The notes: generated by a model not told the origin, from the sequence alone. Positions 1-13,159 are shown, counted from the first letter of the whole stretch. The stretch: DNA of 62,191 nt, filler included, from Globobulimina sp. (GCA_003354225.1; 34 parts of 34 records of this genome joined end to end with filler, not necessarily neighbours in it), one strand, 5' to 3'. Program-made: numbers and translations.

Positions 1-314
1 AGACGTATTCTTGTTTTCAGGAAATTATCAATAAAGCAAATCAAGCAATTTTCCTGTTTCAAGTTAATGTCAACCTGAAACGTTTTCGTGAAAATATACT
101 ACCTGAAGTTTGCGCTACGACTCAGATATTGTTAAAGAAATATATCAACCAAACAAATGTTGCAATTACAAATTATTAAATGTTTTAAATCTCCAGGCGG
201 TTCATACAAACAACAGGTTCATACAAACAACAAATAATAAAAAAACGGAAACATGCACTTCACACATACAAAAAAGTAATAATAATTATTGTAATATATA
301 CATTTATAACTGGA

Positions 315-1734
315 TTATGACCAGATAACAACTTCTGAATATCTTTTATTAAATCTTGAAACAACTTTTGATATCATTTTGCTCGAACCCGGTATACCCA
401 AATCATCATAGGTATCAATTAACAATTTTAACACATCCGCACCAGTCCCATTCGGAGCATCAATGCACATTTCAATGGCTTGGCGAGATGGATACTTAAC
501 ACCTTTTTCTTTATCCACTTTTGTATATTTTTTTTGTAAATATTCTTTCTTTTGCTTTTCTTTCTCCTTTTTTGCGGCTTCGTTATTCTCATCATACTTT
601 TCTTCAATGCCAAATGATTTTAATATCTCGTTCGCCATTTTTGTTTTACCTTTTTCTGCGGCGTACATTAACCACGTTTTACCCTCTTCGCCGGGTCCCT
701 TTTGTATAAATTTAATCCATTCGTCGGGTGATACCTTCTCGATTAATTTAGTCCGAATTAAGTCAATCCATCGATCATCACCATCTAAAAATATTTGTAT
801 AGCTACTTTCGTTAATTCAGTCACTTGTTTTTGTGATTTGTTGTGATTCTGACCACTAATCGTTAATGTTGCATTTTTTTCGGTACTCAATATTCTCTTT
901 GTAAATTCTGGTAATTCCCATAACGTATTCCATATTTCAATGCAATCTCTTGTGATAATCCAAAACATTGCATTCTGCTGTCTTCCAATTGTTTTATTGA
1001 TTAATATATTATCTACAAATCTTTCCTTATCCTTTGTAATATTCAATAACATATGAAATGCCTTCGATCGATTTAATTTACACATATTATATAATATATT
1101 GTCATTCGTATATTCATTCCGCTTCACCCAGTTTTCCTCGGTAATGCCATGCGTAACCATCAAATCGCAGAGTCTCGAAGAACTGCCTAACTCCGCCGCA
1201 ATTTCTAACGATGTTTTGATCGATTTGTGCGTCGATAATACATTATAGATATTATTATATAATTCCTTTTGTCGCGTAATATCATAGATTTTATGCGACA
1301 CTTTTTTAAAATCAGCCATTCGCTTTAATAAAAATTGCACTTCACCGATAACATTTGGTTTGCCTTTAATTAACACATTCATTTTAATATCTGCATATTG
1401 TGGATCGTCTGGATTGTACTTTGGAAACATATTCTTAATTCGAACAATTTCCTTAATGATTTGCGATGCGGCCACAGTTTTAATAAATTTACCAATACCA
1501 GCTATTAAAGCATCGATGCTATCGAATATTAACGAGCAACGTACAATATCTATGAGACGAGCACTTGTCGGGTATTTTGCGCCGAGATATTTGGTTTCTG
1601 CTTTTGCCTGACAGCGATGTAATTTCTTAACCGGACCTAAAATAACAAAAGCACACAATATGTACATTGGAATAACGCAATATCTGTACATACAATATAT
1701 ATAAATATACCTTACGTAAAACGAACCCCTTCGT
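315..1734 (-). CDS. RelA/SpoT synthetase-like nucleotidyltransferase domain fused to a helical/ankyrin-like C-terminal region (5' partial, intron ~1637-1710)
   Basis: Ordered motifs GPVKKLHRCQAK / LIDIVRCS / RIKNMF / YADIKMNV / GEVQF / HKIYDITR resemble RelA_SpoT Syn1-5; ankyrin-like GKTWLMYAAEKGK; GT...TTTTAG intron just before GPVK. Confidence 0.7.
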
Positions 1735-1834
1735 NNNNNNNNNNNNNNNNNNNNNNNNNNNNNNNNNNNNNNNNNNNNTTAATTAATTAANNNNNNNNNN
1801 NNNNNNNNNNNNNNNNNNNNNNNNNNNNNNNNNN

Positions 1835-3377
1835 GGTAATACTTTGCCAAACTTATTATTAAATATTTTATAAATACTCGCTGAGCCTAAATCGCGTACA
1901 ATTTCTTGCTGGATTTTTAACACTTTACTTCCGACCAAAACATTTAATTTAAATGCCAGACTGTTATCAGTCACTGTTGTGACAAACAAGTTTTTTTCAT
2001 GTTCGTTCGTTCCAAATGTTAAACCAAACGGTTTTGCCGTAAATTCCACCGTATAAATATCATCAAATGCAACATCTTCGTCGTCACCGCCTATTTATTG
2101 ATGCAAAAACATATAAAAACAGACAAAAAGTAGATGGACTAACTCATTTCCAATTTTTCTTCCATATCATTTATATCATTTATTAAGACCCGCATAGTGT
2201 CCACTGATTCGACTCTCTTTCTCCCATTATCTTTCTCCTCCTTTTTCTCCTCTTGTTTTTGAACTTTTTTTTCTTGTTTTTGTCGATTTTGTTGTTTGTG
2301 TTGTTTTTGTGGATTTGAGTTAATATTAATTAATTTATTTATATCATCAACAATTTGATTATAAATGTTATTATTTATATAAATGGAATAAACATCATTT
2401 GCAGCTAAATTTTGCGTTGTTTTTATATACTTTCTAATTTGTTTAACATCATCGCCTAATAACATCATACTTTTCTTGTAATGATTGTGCATTTCTTTGC
2501 CAACTTCGATAATCTCATTCTCTCGATTTGTATTATATTTTTCATCTTTTTCATCATCATCATATTTTTTAATGATATTTTCACATTTTACAGTAGCGGC
2601 ATTAAATACTTTTTTATCTTCATCAATAATCGACAAACAATGCTTATATTTACCATCAATTAAACTGAATAATTGTTTATGTGATCCATCGATTTGTGAT
2701 ATGTCTTGTTTATAATTTGATAATTTATCTTCTAATTTTTTACATGTTTCATTTAGTTTGTTATGTAATTCTTTAAATTGTGTGTGCATTTTATGACTTA
2801 TTCCATCCAATTTATTTAAATGTATGGTTTGGTATTTTTCAATTTGTTGGTAGTTTTTATCTCTCGTTACATCGAAAGAAAGTTGAGTTTCAATTCCTAA
2901 CTCACTGCGAAATTTGGTTAAATATTGTATATATTGTTGCATATTTTGGAATTGCAGATTTTCATTATTGTCTAAAAAAACCAATCTCCGCTCTGTTTGC
3001 GTTGTTTGCGTGTCTGGGGATGCGCCTTCATCGCCTTTTTCTTCCTCGTCTTTTTCTTCATCGCCATCGTTTTTTTTCACTGCATTTCGCAATTTTTCTA
3101 ATGACTGAATGCCACTCACTATGTTTTGGATTAAATGTGCTTTAATTAATACTCTTTGATCAGCCATCAGTTTGCCAAAATTTGGGTTGTTCATATATAG
3201 TGTTTCTAATGTAATCATATTGTGCTCAGTAAAACATTCTTGCAAATCAGTCAATTTATTATCTTCAATCCATTTTTCAAAGTCGAATACATCCTCATTA
3301 GCTTCAAAAATCTTTGCTATTTCATCTCCTGAGCTATATTCATTGTTGTCAGCGCCGGCAAATGGATTCGGATCCAT
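1835..3377 (-). CDS. SAM-like + coiled-coil + PDZ-like domain protein (3' partial; intron 2091-2143)
   Basis: FEKWIEDNKLTDLQECFTEHNM (SAM-like); removing a 53-nt GT-AG intron joins in frame to TVEFTAKPFGLTF...VGSKVLKI (PDZ-like). Confidence 0.65.
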
Positions 3378-3449
3378 TATTCAAGATAAAAAGTATGGTT
3401 TAGTAAACATAAAAAAAAACTCTAAACTTTTTTCTCAAACTCAAATCAT

Positions 3450-3547
3450 TAGGCATTTTTGCTTTATCGTAAAAATCTATTTTGTAACGGAAAAAACTGT
3501 TTTTTTCTCTTTAAAAACAGATTCTTACGATAAAGCAAAAATGCCTA
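3450..3547. mobile_element. ~98-bp palindromic MITE-like element, family A, full copy
   Basis: TAGGCATTTTTGCTTTATCGTAAAAATCT ... AGATTCTTACGATAAAGCAAAAATGCCTA; the whole element is a near-perfect inverted repeat, TA at both ends; related copies at 22548 and 37306. Confidence 0.8.
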
Positions 3548-4001
3548 TTGCAATATAATTATCAAAACNNNNNNNNNNNNNNNNNNNNNNNNNNNNNNNN
3601 NNNNNNNNNNNNTTAATTAATTAANNNNNNNNNNNNNNNNNNNNNNNNNNNNNNNNNNNNNNNNNNNNATATTTTTATATTGAATAATTTTGTTGTTAGG
3701 ACTGCTGCGGTCATGTTTACATAAATTGCACGTTTGGCCAAATTTAGAACGAATGAACATTGGTAGCCATTGCATTTCATTTTGAGTGAAATATAATATT
3801 GCAAACTGCTCAAAATCTGAATTATTTAGATGTAAACTATTATGCAACAGTGTTGTGAATTGATCATCAAAGGCATTGAATTTTGAAAATGCTGCTGTGA
3901 ATTGATGCGATGCATCTACATTTTCCCCTTCACCACTGGTTATTACGATGTTAGCATGCATTTGATTTAAAGTTTTTTTCACTCAAAGCAGCAGAAACTG
4001 T

Positions 4002-5401
4002 ATGTCTTTCAACAACATAAAATGTGACACGCAACTGACGCAAGATGAGCAACAAATTGTAAAGCAGCATTTATCGGATATTCGTGATACAAAAAGGCGA
4101 TTTTCCGATGCGAAAAATAACAATCATCAATTCATTCAATCTATTATTGACATTAACGCTGCAAATCATGTTTGCATGAAATCATTAAATGAGCTTAATC
4201 CAATATCAATATGGCAGTTAAAACCAAATACAATTCATTATGGATATAAATTGATTGCAAAAATAATAACTCCACCGGATAAAGTATTAAGTATTAGAAC
4301 AATCATCAAAGATATTCATGAAAATAATATTAATGGAAATAAAATGATTGAATTATCAATTTATAATTTAATTCCTTTTCAAATATCCTTAGCTCACATT
4401 GCAAAAAAGAAAATTTTATCTAAAAATACAATTATTGCAATCAAAGAACCTTATTTCAAGTTTTATAAATCAAATAAATGTGGCATTAGAATTGACAATC
4501 CATTCTATAATTTACTGATTATCAATAAACCAAAACATAAACGGAAACATACTTCCATACACTCACTAAAGTTAATTAATATATTATACTGCTACAAAAA
4601 CAACTGTTTTTTTATAAAAATAAGGAAGACTGGAAACGAATGTTTCAAACAAGAAAAATATTGGAAAGCAATATCATTTTATTCGCAGGCGCTCAAACTG
4701 ATTGATACAGAAAGTAATGCAAATGATATTAATTTAAATATTAAATTGTTATTAAATCGTTCATTATGTCATATGAAATTGAATGAAAACAATTTAGCAT
4801 ATATTGATGCTCAAAATGCTTTTAAAATTGATTCAAAATCTATGAAAGTTAAATATCGATATTTATGTAGTTTGACAAATATTGGGAAACATTTAACTGC
4901 CAAATCGATGATAAATGAGATGGATTTTAAGAAAATAAGTTGCAAATCGGTAGAAAAAGAATTTATAATTTTACAAAATAAAATCAATCGTAGATATAAT
5001 GAATGGATGGGAAAATATGAAGAAATATCATATAAATTAATGAGTGATGAAAATAAATGGAAATATGTGGAGAATTACATTGGTAATATTGAGATTGTGA
5101 TGATAAATAAGACAAAAGGAAGAGGGATTATTGCAATAAAAGATATAAAGGAAGGCGAATTTATTGTGGTTGAAAAAGCCTTTTCGTTTGGAAGTTATAA
5201 TAATAATATCGATAATAAAAATACTTTTATACAAACATTTAATGAACAATGTAAAACAGCATATTCTGGAAGGAATCAACAATTAATTTTAAATACAATA
5301 TCAAAATGTTTTCCTTTTAATTACACAAATTATTGCAATGATAATAATTTTAATATTAATAATCATGAATCATTGCAATGTATTTTAAATAAATGGAGAT
5401 T
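4002..5401 (+). CDS. TPR + SET domain protein (3' partial; probable in-frame 54-nt intron 4571-4624)
   Basis: IKEPYFK...IRIDNP N-domain; TPR K.TGNECFKQEKYWKAISFYSQAL / LLLNRSLCHMKL; SET start KGRGIIAIKDIKEGEFIVVEKAF. Confidence 0.85.
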
Positions 5402-5501
5402 NNNNNNNNNNNNNNNNNNNNNNNNNNNNNNNNNNNNNNNNNNNNTTAATTAATTAANNNNNNNNNNNNNNNNNNNNNNNNNNNNNNNNNNNNNNNNNNN
5501 N

Positions 5502-6264
5502 TATCAGCATTTTTGTATACATCAATGATTGCAGTTGTGATATATTCCGTTGTTAAAGTGCGGTATACATCATTTTGGAGTGTAGAACATGCTGTTTTGC
5601 ATAAACGAAAACGATACATTGGAATTACAGTATTCATTATTGCTTTGATTGTGTCTTGTTTGCCATTTACACAGAACAGCTATTCCTATGTCAGTGCATG
5701 GTGTTGGATTAGTTCTGAAGCTCAACATTGGAGGTATTACATTTATATATTATTTTCGACTCAATTAATTATATACAAATAACTACGTATACGTACCTAT
5801 CAACAATAAGATGGATCTGTTATTATTTGCCGTTACTGTTCTCATTCTTTTTTTGTGTTACAATTTATGCCATAATACTCCGTGATATTCGTGCTTTGGA
5901 GCAGCAAATGGCAGATCAGCCATGCAGAAGATTTACAATTTTAAAAAAATTAAAGTATTATCCATTGGTTTTGTTGATTGCATTTTTTTTCCCAACATTA
6001 CGAAGATTTTATCAAATATTTGAAGATGAAGCACCTTTCTTTTTGGGTGTAACACATACTTTAGGATCGGGATTGTTTGGTTTCTTAAATGCTTTGGTTT
6101 ATGGAATAAATCAAATGGCAACAAAACAATATAAAAAGAGCTTAGAAGGAACAATACGCAGTCATGAAATGAAAGTGGTACAAAGTTTCGAAGTTGATAG
6201 TACTGCAGGGAAATATGTCAAAAATATAAGTATTGGAAGTGTTTCTAGATCTGATATTGAATGA
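5502..6264 (+). CDS. cAMP-receptor-like (Dictyostelium CAR/GCR1-type) 7TM GPCR (5' partial; intron 5734-5810)
   Basis: Y..SAWCWI, spliced RWICYYLPL, KKLKYYPLV, GFLNALVYG motifs; multiple hydrophobic helices. Confidence 0.85.
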
Positions 6265-6600
6265 ACACCGTACGTACACGTAATTAATGTTTTAATTCTG
6301 TCATTATTTTGTTATATCTTTGCAGTAAAACATCATTATTTATTGACGCTTACTCCGTGAAAACCCCAATGATCCAGGTTTGGCAGGTTATCACCTCATA
6401 AACTCACATATTTGGAATTTCACTCTGTTTCACGTGTCAAAATATACCGAATCAAACGCTAAAACGTTCTAATCGTTTCTCCCAAAAAGTACAACTGATG
6501 ACAAATCCGAAAATTCTGTATATATAAAATTATATTACGAACGCAAAAAACTAAATTCATGTTTATCAACAAAATCAAGGTGAACGAGAGATGATTAGTG

Positions 6601-7150
6601 TCATTGATTTGAATTAATGGCATTAATAAAATCATTAACAAACATATAAATTCCGAATGTAACTCCAATTATAACATATAAAACTAATACTATACGTAAT
6701 CCAAACTTTGTATCTGGATCTTTTTTATTATTATCGAATTCCTTTTCCATTATGATATCGATACAAGTACCACGGCCGCGGCCGTGATGTGTTATTATTT
6801 TTTTATTTTTTCTACTTGGTTTCGATAAAAATAATTTATAATAAAATAGCGATGGACATATAACAGATACAATCATAGTACATATGGATCCCGTGATTGC
6901 TTCTAAAAATTGTAACTTTTGCATTAAAATATATGATGCAGCACAGATAAAGAAAAATATAAATGTTCGAAATAAACGTATTTTCAAATTACTATGTGAT
7001 TTTAGATGAAATTTAAATAAATCATGTTCAGGGAGTTCAGACATGACTGCAATTAATGGCGATAACTGGAAATAACATCCCATAATAACCAAAACAATCA
7101 GGGTCGCACTTAACGGAATATATAATATGATAATATGCTGTACATTGTAC
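6601..7150 (-). CDS. Amino-acid transporter (Aa_trans/AAAP family), C-terminal part; 5' limit approximate
   Basis: TM helices with FLEAITGSICTMIVSVICPSLFYYKL. Confidence 0.7.
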
Positions 7151-7334
7151 CCAGAAACAATAATAAATAGAACTGTTATAAGTGTTTTTAATCCAGTTAT
7201 AAAAACACTTATTTTATTTATTATTGTTTCTGGANNNNNNNNNNNNNNNNNNNNNNNNNNNNNNNNNNNNNNNNNNNNTTAATTAATTAANNNNNNNNNN
7301 NNNNNNNNNNNNNNNNNNNNNNNNNNNNNNNNNN

Positions 7335-8997
7335 CACTTTCCAACCGCTTAGACAGCAAATATGCCAATATTGTAGCAACAAAACATGCTACACTGCATA
7401 TTAAAAAGCTCCATTTGTAACAATCAGCACCAAAACATTTATTACCATCATGTTGTTGCGTCTTGCCTCGATATCCATAGATCGAACCAAACACGAATGT
7501 GGCAAATATCGTACTTCCTATCATTAGCGAGGTGTCCAAAGCAGCGTAATTTCCCGACAGATATTTGCTTCCAAATAGATCATTACTTGACATAATGCCA
7601 ATACATATCATCGAACCATAAGCAAATCCAATCAAAAACGAACCAGGAAACAATAAGTTTAATTCAGTACCAATCACAAACAAATAAATATTGGCGGCAC
7701 ACATAATTACTGCTGCTAAGATTGACCAGTTCACGCGGTGATATTTGTGCTTATATTTGTCAGATACAATGCCCATAAACAAGCGACCCGACACATTTCC
7801 CACACTTATAATTGTTACTAATGTGGTTGTGATGTTTGTGTTTTTATCCTCTGCATCCTTTGATTTCTCTGAAGCAGACTCGACAATTTGGCTCACATTA
7901 TTAATAAATGTCAATCCGGATCCGGCCACAACACCAAATATGATATACAAGATCCAAAACTCCAATCTGCCCAAAATTGTAGGCATTCCAACCTGCAGTT
8001 CCTCGCAAGTTGACACTGTACCCATTTCCTTTGATGTTTGTATATTGTAATTACACGAATCTTCGACTTGTGTCACTGACATTGGGCCGTGGCAAAAGAT
8101 AGCAAACACCCACGGAAATAACCATAATATGAGCATAACCACAAACAATGTCAACCGAATCACCAGGTTCAAGTCATACACATCTTGGACGATAGCAGTG
8201 GCCACCAAATATATGGCTAAAATTAATAAATTAGCGTACCAAAAATTAAAATTCGGAGCTGTAGCAGGTACAGAATTGGTAGAGCAGCAAGTTGCAATTG
8301 ACCCCATTTCTCGCTCAGTGTACGTTGACGCAATGCTTTGTGGCAAATGTCTCATAAACATTGCAAACACGCAACTCAACACTGGTAAGCTCAGCAACAC
8401 AGCAAACATAAAGAAATCGATGTGATCGTTGGCCAAATCTCGCTTCCAAATGGAAATCCAAGCTGCAGAAATGCCCAAATATGCTTTGGCTAAACCTAAC
8501 AATTTGCCATGATCTTCAGAAGGGAAATTCTGTACAATGGTGGGCGCCGCAACACAGCCCATCCACGCATTTCCTTGATTGTATATGAAATTGGCCGTTC
8601 CGACGACATATGCGGAAGATGTGTGTATCCGTTGGGTTGTCATAAATGTTAATAATGCCCAACCGCACACTGTAAGAATAATGCCAAGCCATATTGATTT
8701 GAATGGGCCATATTGATTTACACATATTCCACCAACTATGTACGTGTATTGCCCTATTCCTCCCATAAGAGCAACTATATCGATTTCGGTTTGGCTCAAA
8801 TTCAGTCGATCTTTGATTGAGTCGGATATAACACCAAATGCGTACACTTTGGAAGCAGAAACACGTATTTTTTTAATTAATGTATTAAAGCAAATGAAAT
8901 GAAGAAATAGATGCATGTTTGTACCAGTTCCTGATAAAGACATTAGCATTAAACACGCCGCCATAATAATCCAACGAGAAGGATACCTCTTCGCCAT
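7335..8997 (-). CDS. MFS transporter, nodulin-like/NFD4/MCH1 type (intron 8847-8924; 3' end truncated)
   Basis: GTVYAFG after splicing, QNFP...GKLLGLAKAYLGISAA, SGRLFMGIVSD, CFGADCY; ~12 TM helices. Confidence 0.9.
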
Positions 8998-9304
8998 TTA
9001 TTGATATTAAACTAAAAAAATATTGATATAAAAGTGCATTCTTTCTGCGGCAAATCGCGCTCTTAGTNNNNNNNNNNNNNNNNNNNNNNNNNNNNNNNNN
9101 NNNNNNNNNNNTTAATTAATTAANNNNNNNNNNNNNNNNNNNNNNNNNNNNNNNNNNNNNNNNNNNNAATGCTAAATTATGTATTAATATAAAATAAAAG
9201 CATTAATATGATGCATTAACATAGCATTAATAGCATGCTGTTTTTTTAGCATTAACATAGCATTAAATCTTGGCTATAATTAGAACTAAAACACGCAGCA
9301 TATA

Positions 9305-9416
9305 TACTTTAGAATAGGACCTGTTTGAAACACCGCGTGTTTAAACAATTAAATTTAAAATCCTATGTATACAATTTCAAAAGAAAAGTGTTTCAAACAG
9401 GTCCTATTCTAAAGTA
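9305..9416. mobile_element. 112-bp MITE-like element, family B
   Basis: Perfect 29-bp inverted repeat TACTTTAGAATAGGACCTGTTTGAAACAC (9305-9333 / 9388-9416) including terminal TA. Confidence 0.8.
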
Positions 9417-9596
9417 ATTAGAACTAACCGATTGGCAGTAAATATAGCGAATTATGCAGCTGAAACACATGCCATTACCAATTAGATAATCTAATGATAA
9501 ATTTAGCGAATTATGATAATCATTTTTTGTTTAACTACCAAGTACCAACAACACCAACACGATTATTAGATTCTTGCTTATTAAAAAGTAACTGGA

Positions 9597-10900
9597 ATGG
9601 CTGCTGTTGCTGATGACGACACAGGTTTATGGAATGCCATTAAAAAGTTATGGCATCCTTCGAGTCAAAAAGGATGCAAAAAAGCAGAAGAAAATCTTCT
9701 TAAACAATGTATTGATAACAAAATATATAAATATCAATCGAGACTAATACCAATCACTTATGATCCTGAACCAGTATCCATTAAAGAAAAAAAAATAAAA
9801 CGTTCACAAACCTCATTTTTTCCATTTCAAACTGCAAAATTTAAAAACGTTTCAACTGCAAATAAAGAAATAAATCACAGACAATTTATTCACACATTAA
9901 CAGTTCGTGTTAAATCAAATAAATTACAATCATTAATGAAGAAAATTAATAGTTCCGCTGACATAAAAAAGGATGATATTAAGAGCAACAATGAATTTCA
10001 TCCAAAATTAAACCAACAACATCCAAACCTAAACGATGATGGCAATTCTATTGAATTCAAATCAATCAATCAATTTATCGAAAGAACTGAGAAACAAAAT
10101 GTTTCATCCACTTATGAAATATTACAGAAACAGTTAAGTGAAATTAAAAGAGAAACATGTACACAAACATTAGACATACCGCCTATTGTATTAACTCATG
10201 GCTATGGCTGTGGTGGCGGCTATTTTATCCCTTCAATACCCAACATATTTGAGGAGCTATTACGTCATATAAATATAGCAAAGTCGCCTGTAATTCACGT
10301 CATTGATTGGTTAGGAAATGGGATGTCATCGCGTCCACAATTTGAATGTGAAACTACTTCAGAAGCGGAAGATTGGTTCGTAGACAGTTTGGAAGCTTGG
10401 CGAAGCAAAATGGGCATTACCAAAATGATACTTTGTGGGCACAGTTTGGGTGGATATATGTGCGGTGTTTATGCTTTGCGCTATCCGCAGAATATCGAAC
10501 ATTTAATGTTAATCTCTCCGGTTGGACTTCCACTGCGACCCACAAATTCTGCAGAATATAGCTGGAAAGTTCGTACTTTGATGAAGTCCTTTGGCAAGTT
10601 CTGGAATTCTGGCTGGACTCCACATGATATTGTACGGATAACGGGGCCAATGGGCAAAGCTTTAATGGCGAAATCGATCAAGAAACGATTTTTCAGATTG
10701 GATGATAATAATTCATTGAAAGGATTGTTTGTTGAATATTTTTATGAGGTGATGGCGCAACAAGGTTCTGCGGAATATGCGTTGAACAAAATATTGCAAC
10801 CTGGGGCCTGGGCGTATGCTCCGTTGGCACAAAGAATCGGGAAATTGAAAGGATATCAGTATGGCTGTAATGAAGAAAAGAGAAATGCATTGAAAATTGA
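9597..10900 (+). CDS. ABHD4/ABHD5 (CGI-58/Ict1)-like alpha/beta hydrolase/acyltransferase (3' partial)
   Basis: VLTHGYG, IDWLGNGMSSRP, AEDWFVDSLEAWR, GHSLGGY, LISPVG. Confidence 0.9.
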
Positions 10901-11086
10901 NNNNNNNNNNNNNNNNNNNNNNNNNNNNNNNNNNNNNNNNNNNNTTAATTAATTAANNNNNNNNNNNNNNNNNNNNNNNNNNNNNNNNNNNNNNNNNNNN
11001 CTTGTAATTGGCAGAAATCTGTTTCACGTTTGAATACCAAACAATATCCTTCGACTGTTGCATCAAACAAACTTTTTCTTGATATC

Positions 11087-12733
11087 TTAGTACTCGGCAT
11101 TGCAGTCTTTGAAATAATGCATCAATGTTTCATCACATCGACGCTGTATACAATCGCTGTGCTGTACACACCACGAATCATATAAATAATTGTTTGCCTT
11201 ATATACCATATAGGCATTCAGTGGAAGTTGGTCCACCATACACATGATTCTCACATTATTTTCTATCGTGGTAATAAATGGTATTACTGCTGCAAACTTC
11301 TTTGGATTCCATCTAATGTTCAATGAGTGGGTCAGACGAGTAGAACACGCCATATCTGTTACGATTCCATGTCATCTCATCCTGCTTATTTGCCAAGTAT
11401 CTCATTTCGGATTTAATTGTTTTATATCCGATCAATTCATTTGGATTCAACCAATTATTATAATCGCCATTCAATTCATACTCATCCTCAACATTAAATA
11501 AATCTCTTTGCTCGTATTGCTGTGCAATTTGTTCGATATCGGTGTTATTTGTTATGTTGGGGGATTTGTTGGCGATTTCTATGCTTTTTTGTTGGGCAAA
11601 CCATAATTTTACTATTCCAGCGGCAGATTTTGCTAATTCATCGACCAAATCATTCAATTTTGATTCTGAGTGACTGTGAACCCAGAAAAATTTGATGAAA
11701 TTATCAATGTACTCACATTTGGTGATTCTATTAATTTCTTGGTTTGCCATAATGTACAGATTTATTATCACATCGTCAGACGGCGTATGTTTCTGTGATA
11801 GTATATTTAGACAGTTCTGACTGTCTGTAATTATTGACACACCGTCGACTTTGTTGACATATTCACGTTTATTATGCTCATTATTCAGCCATTTTAGAGC
11901 TTCATTTAATATGTAAAACTCCATTATGTTAATATGCGTACGTACACTCAGTGGGAGCGCTATCGTATCAATTATAGTTTTGCCGAGATATATTACCATG
12001 GCGCATCCACCAATTCCGTACATGCGATTCTTTGGATCTTTGTCATAAAAATACACGGAACCGTCTGGGACAAAATATAGGTTGTTATCTACCATCATTA
12101 ATGTACGTAATTGCATCCATTGACCCAATCTCAATTGCAGCCATGTACCACTTCCAAAATATATTATCTTTGGCTTTGTGTAATGGTATTTGCTTTAATT
12201 TGTTTCTGACCGTATAATTGTTATTTATTTTCGTATAATACGGCTTTATTTCTTTGATAAATTTGATTTTTTTGTCGTACAATGCGTTGTTTTTATTGTA
12301 TCTCATCAGCTTTGAAAATGATTTTGCATTTATTTTTTTGACAAATGTGTCAAAGGTATTAAAACCATTAAAGTTCGCTCTTTCCAGATCTGAGATTGTA
12401 TACAATTTATGATTCAATGTACGAATCAATTTATTGTACTCAATTCTAATTTTTTTGTTGTCTGTAAGGTTAATAAAAGTGGAACCGGCATAGTTTAATA
12501 AGACAATCGCAGTCGATTCGATGTAATACTTTGTGACTCCCGCACTAATTCTGCGGTTTTTACTTTCTATCAACTTATAGCAGCTACGTCGGATTGTACG
12601 CATATTTTTTAATAGATTGTTTGTATGGTTGTTGAACGTCCACTTTTTATCTAATTCCATACCTAAAATAACAAAACTATCCGAATGTTTATGTATTTGT
12701 GTCCCATTCATCGTAAACTTGTACTCACGATAT
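11087..12733 (-). mobile_element. Degenerate non-LTR retrotransposon 3' part: RT thumb, RNase H, Cys/His knuckle; two frameshifts
   Basis: ILGMELDKKWTFNNH (12085-12711); RNase H DGS, NIMEF, ITDSQ, WVHSH...NDLVDELAK (11313-12134); C...C...ETLMHYFKDC (11087-11353). Confidence 0.85.
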
Positions 12734-12833
12734 NNNNNNNNNNNNNNNNNNNNNNNNNNNNNNNNNNNNNNNNNNNNTTAATTAATTAANNNNNNNNNNN
12801 NNNNNNNNNNNNNNNNNNNNNNNNNNNNNNNNN

Positions 12834-12865
12834 TCATCACAAAACTGAATTTTGATATAATCCAT
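12834..12865 (-). CDS. Start of a bacterial gene (MDYIKIQFCD..., reminiscent of Desulfobacteraceae Hsp20 N-termini)
   Basis: GGAG Shine-Dalgarno shortly upstream of ATG; only 10 codons visible. Confidence 0.3.
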
Positions 12866-13159
12866 AAACGGCTCCTGCATGATATAACAATACTTCACCT
12901 TCAGAAATTTTTTAAAGACTATCACTACTTAATTCATTTGTAAAGATGCTTATAAAATTGGTGTAACTGTGCTATGAAGCAATGTGACATTGAATTTTAA
13001 ATCCTTGATTTTTCTGTTTATTTTTAATTAATCTGCCCCAGTGAGGTTGGCCCAACCCATGATGAAGACAGATTTTTAAAGTAATTAAACCGGCACTTAA
13101 ATACACAAACCAAGCACGGATAAACTGGGGGAATGAACATTGAACCAAAATTAAAGTCA

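Noticed and set aside
3669-3982. 121-aa minus-strand ORF divergent from the TPR-SET gene
   Set aside because: Non-ATG start, no motif; + strand shows acceptor/donor-like signals so the coding strand is ambiguous
7177-7213. 13-bp-stem hairpin ATAAGTGTTTTTA / TAAAAACACTTAT
   Set aside because: Short, AT-rich, single occurrence; cannot be distinguished from chance or a decayed repeat
9168-9270. Repeated GCATTAA(CATA) units
   Set aside because: Irregular low-complexity repeat without unique spacers; not CRISPR or telomeric
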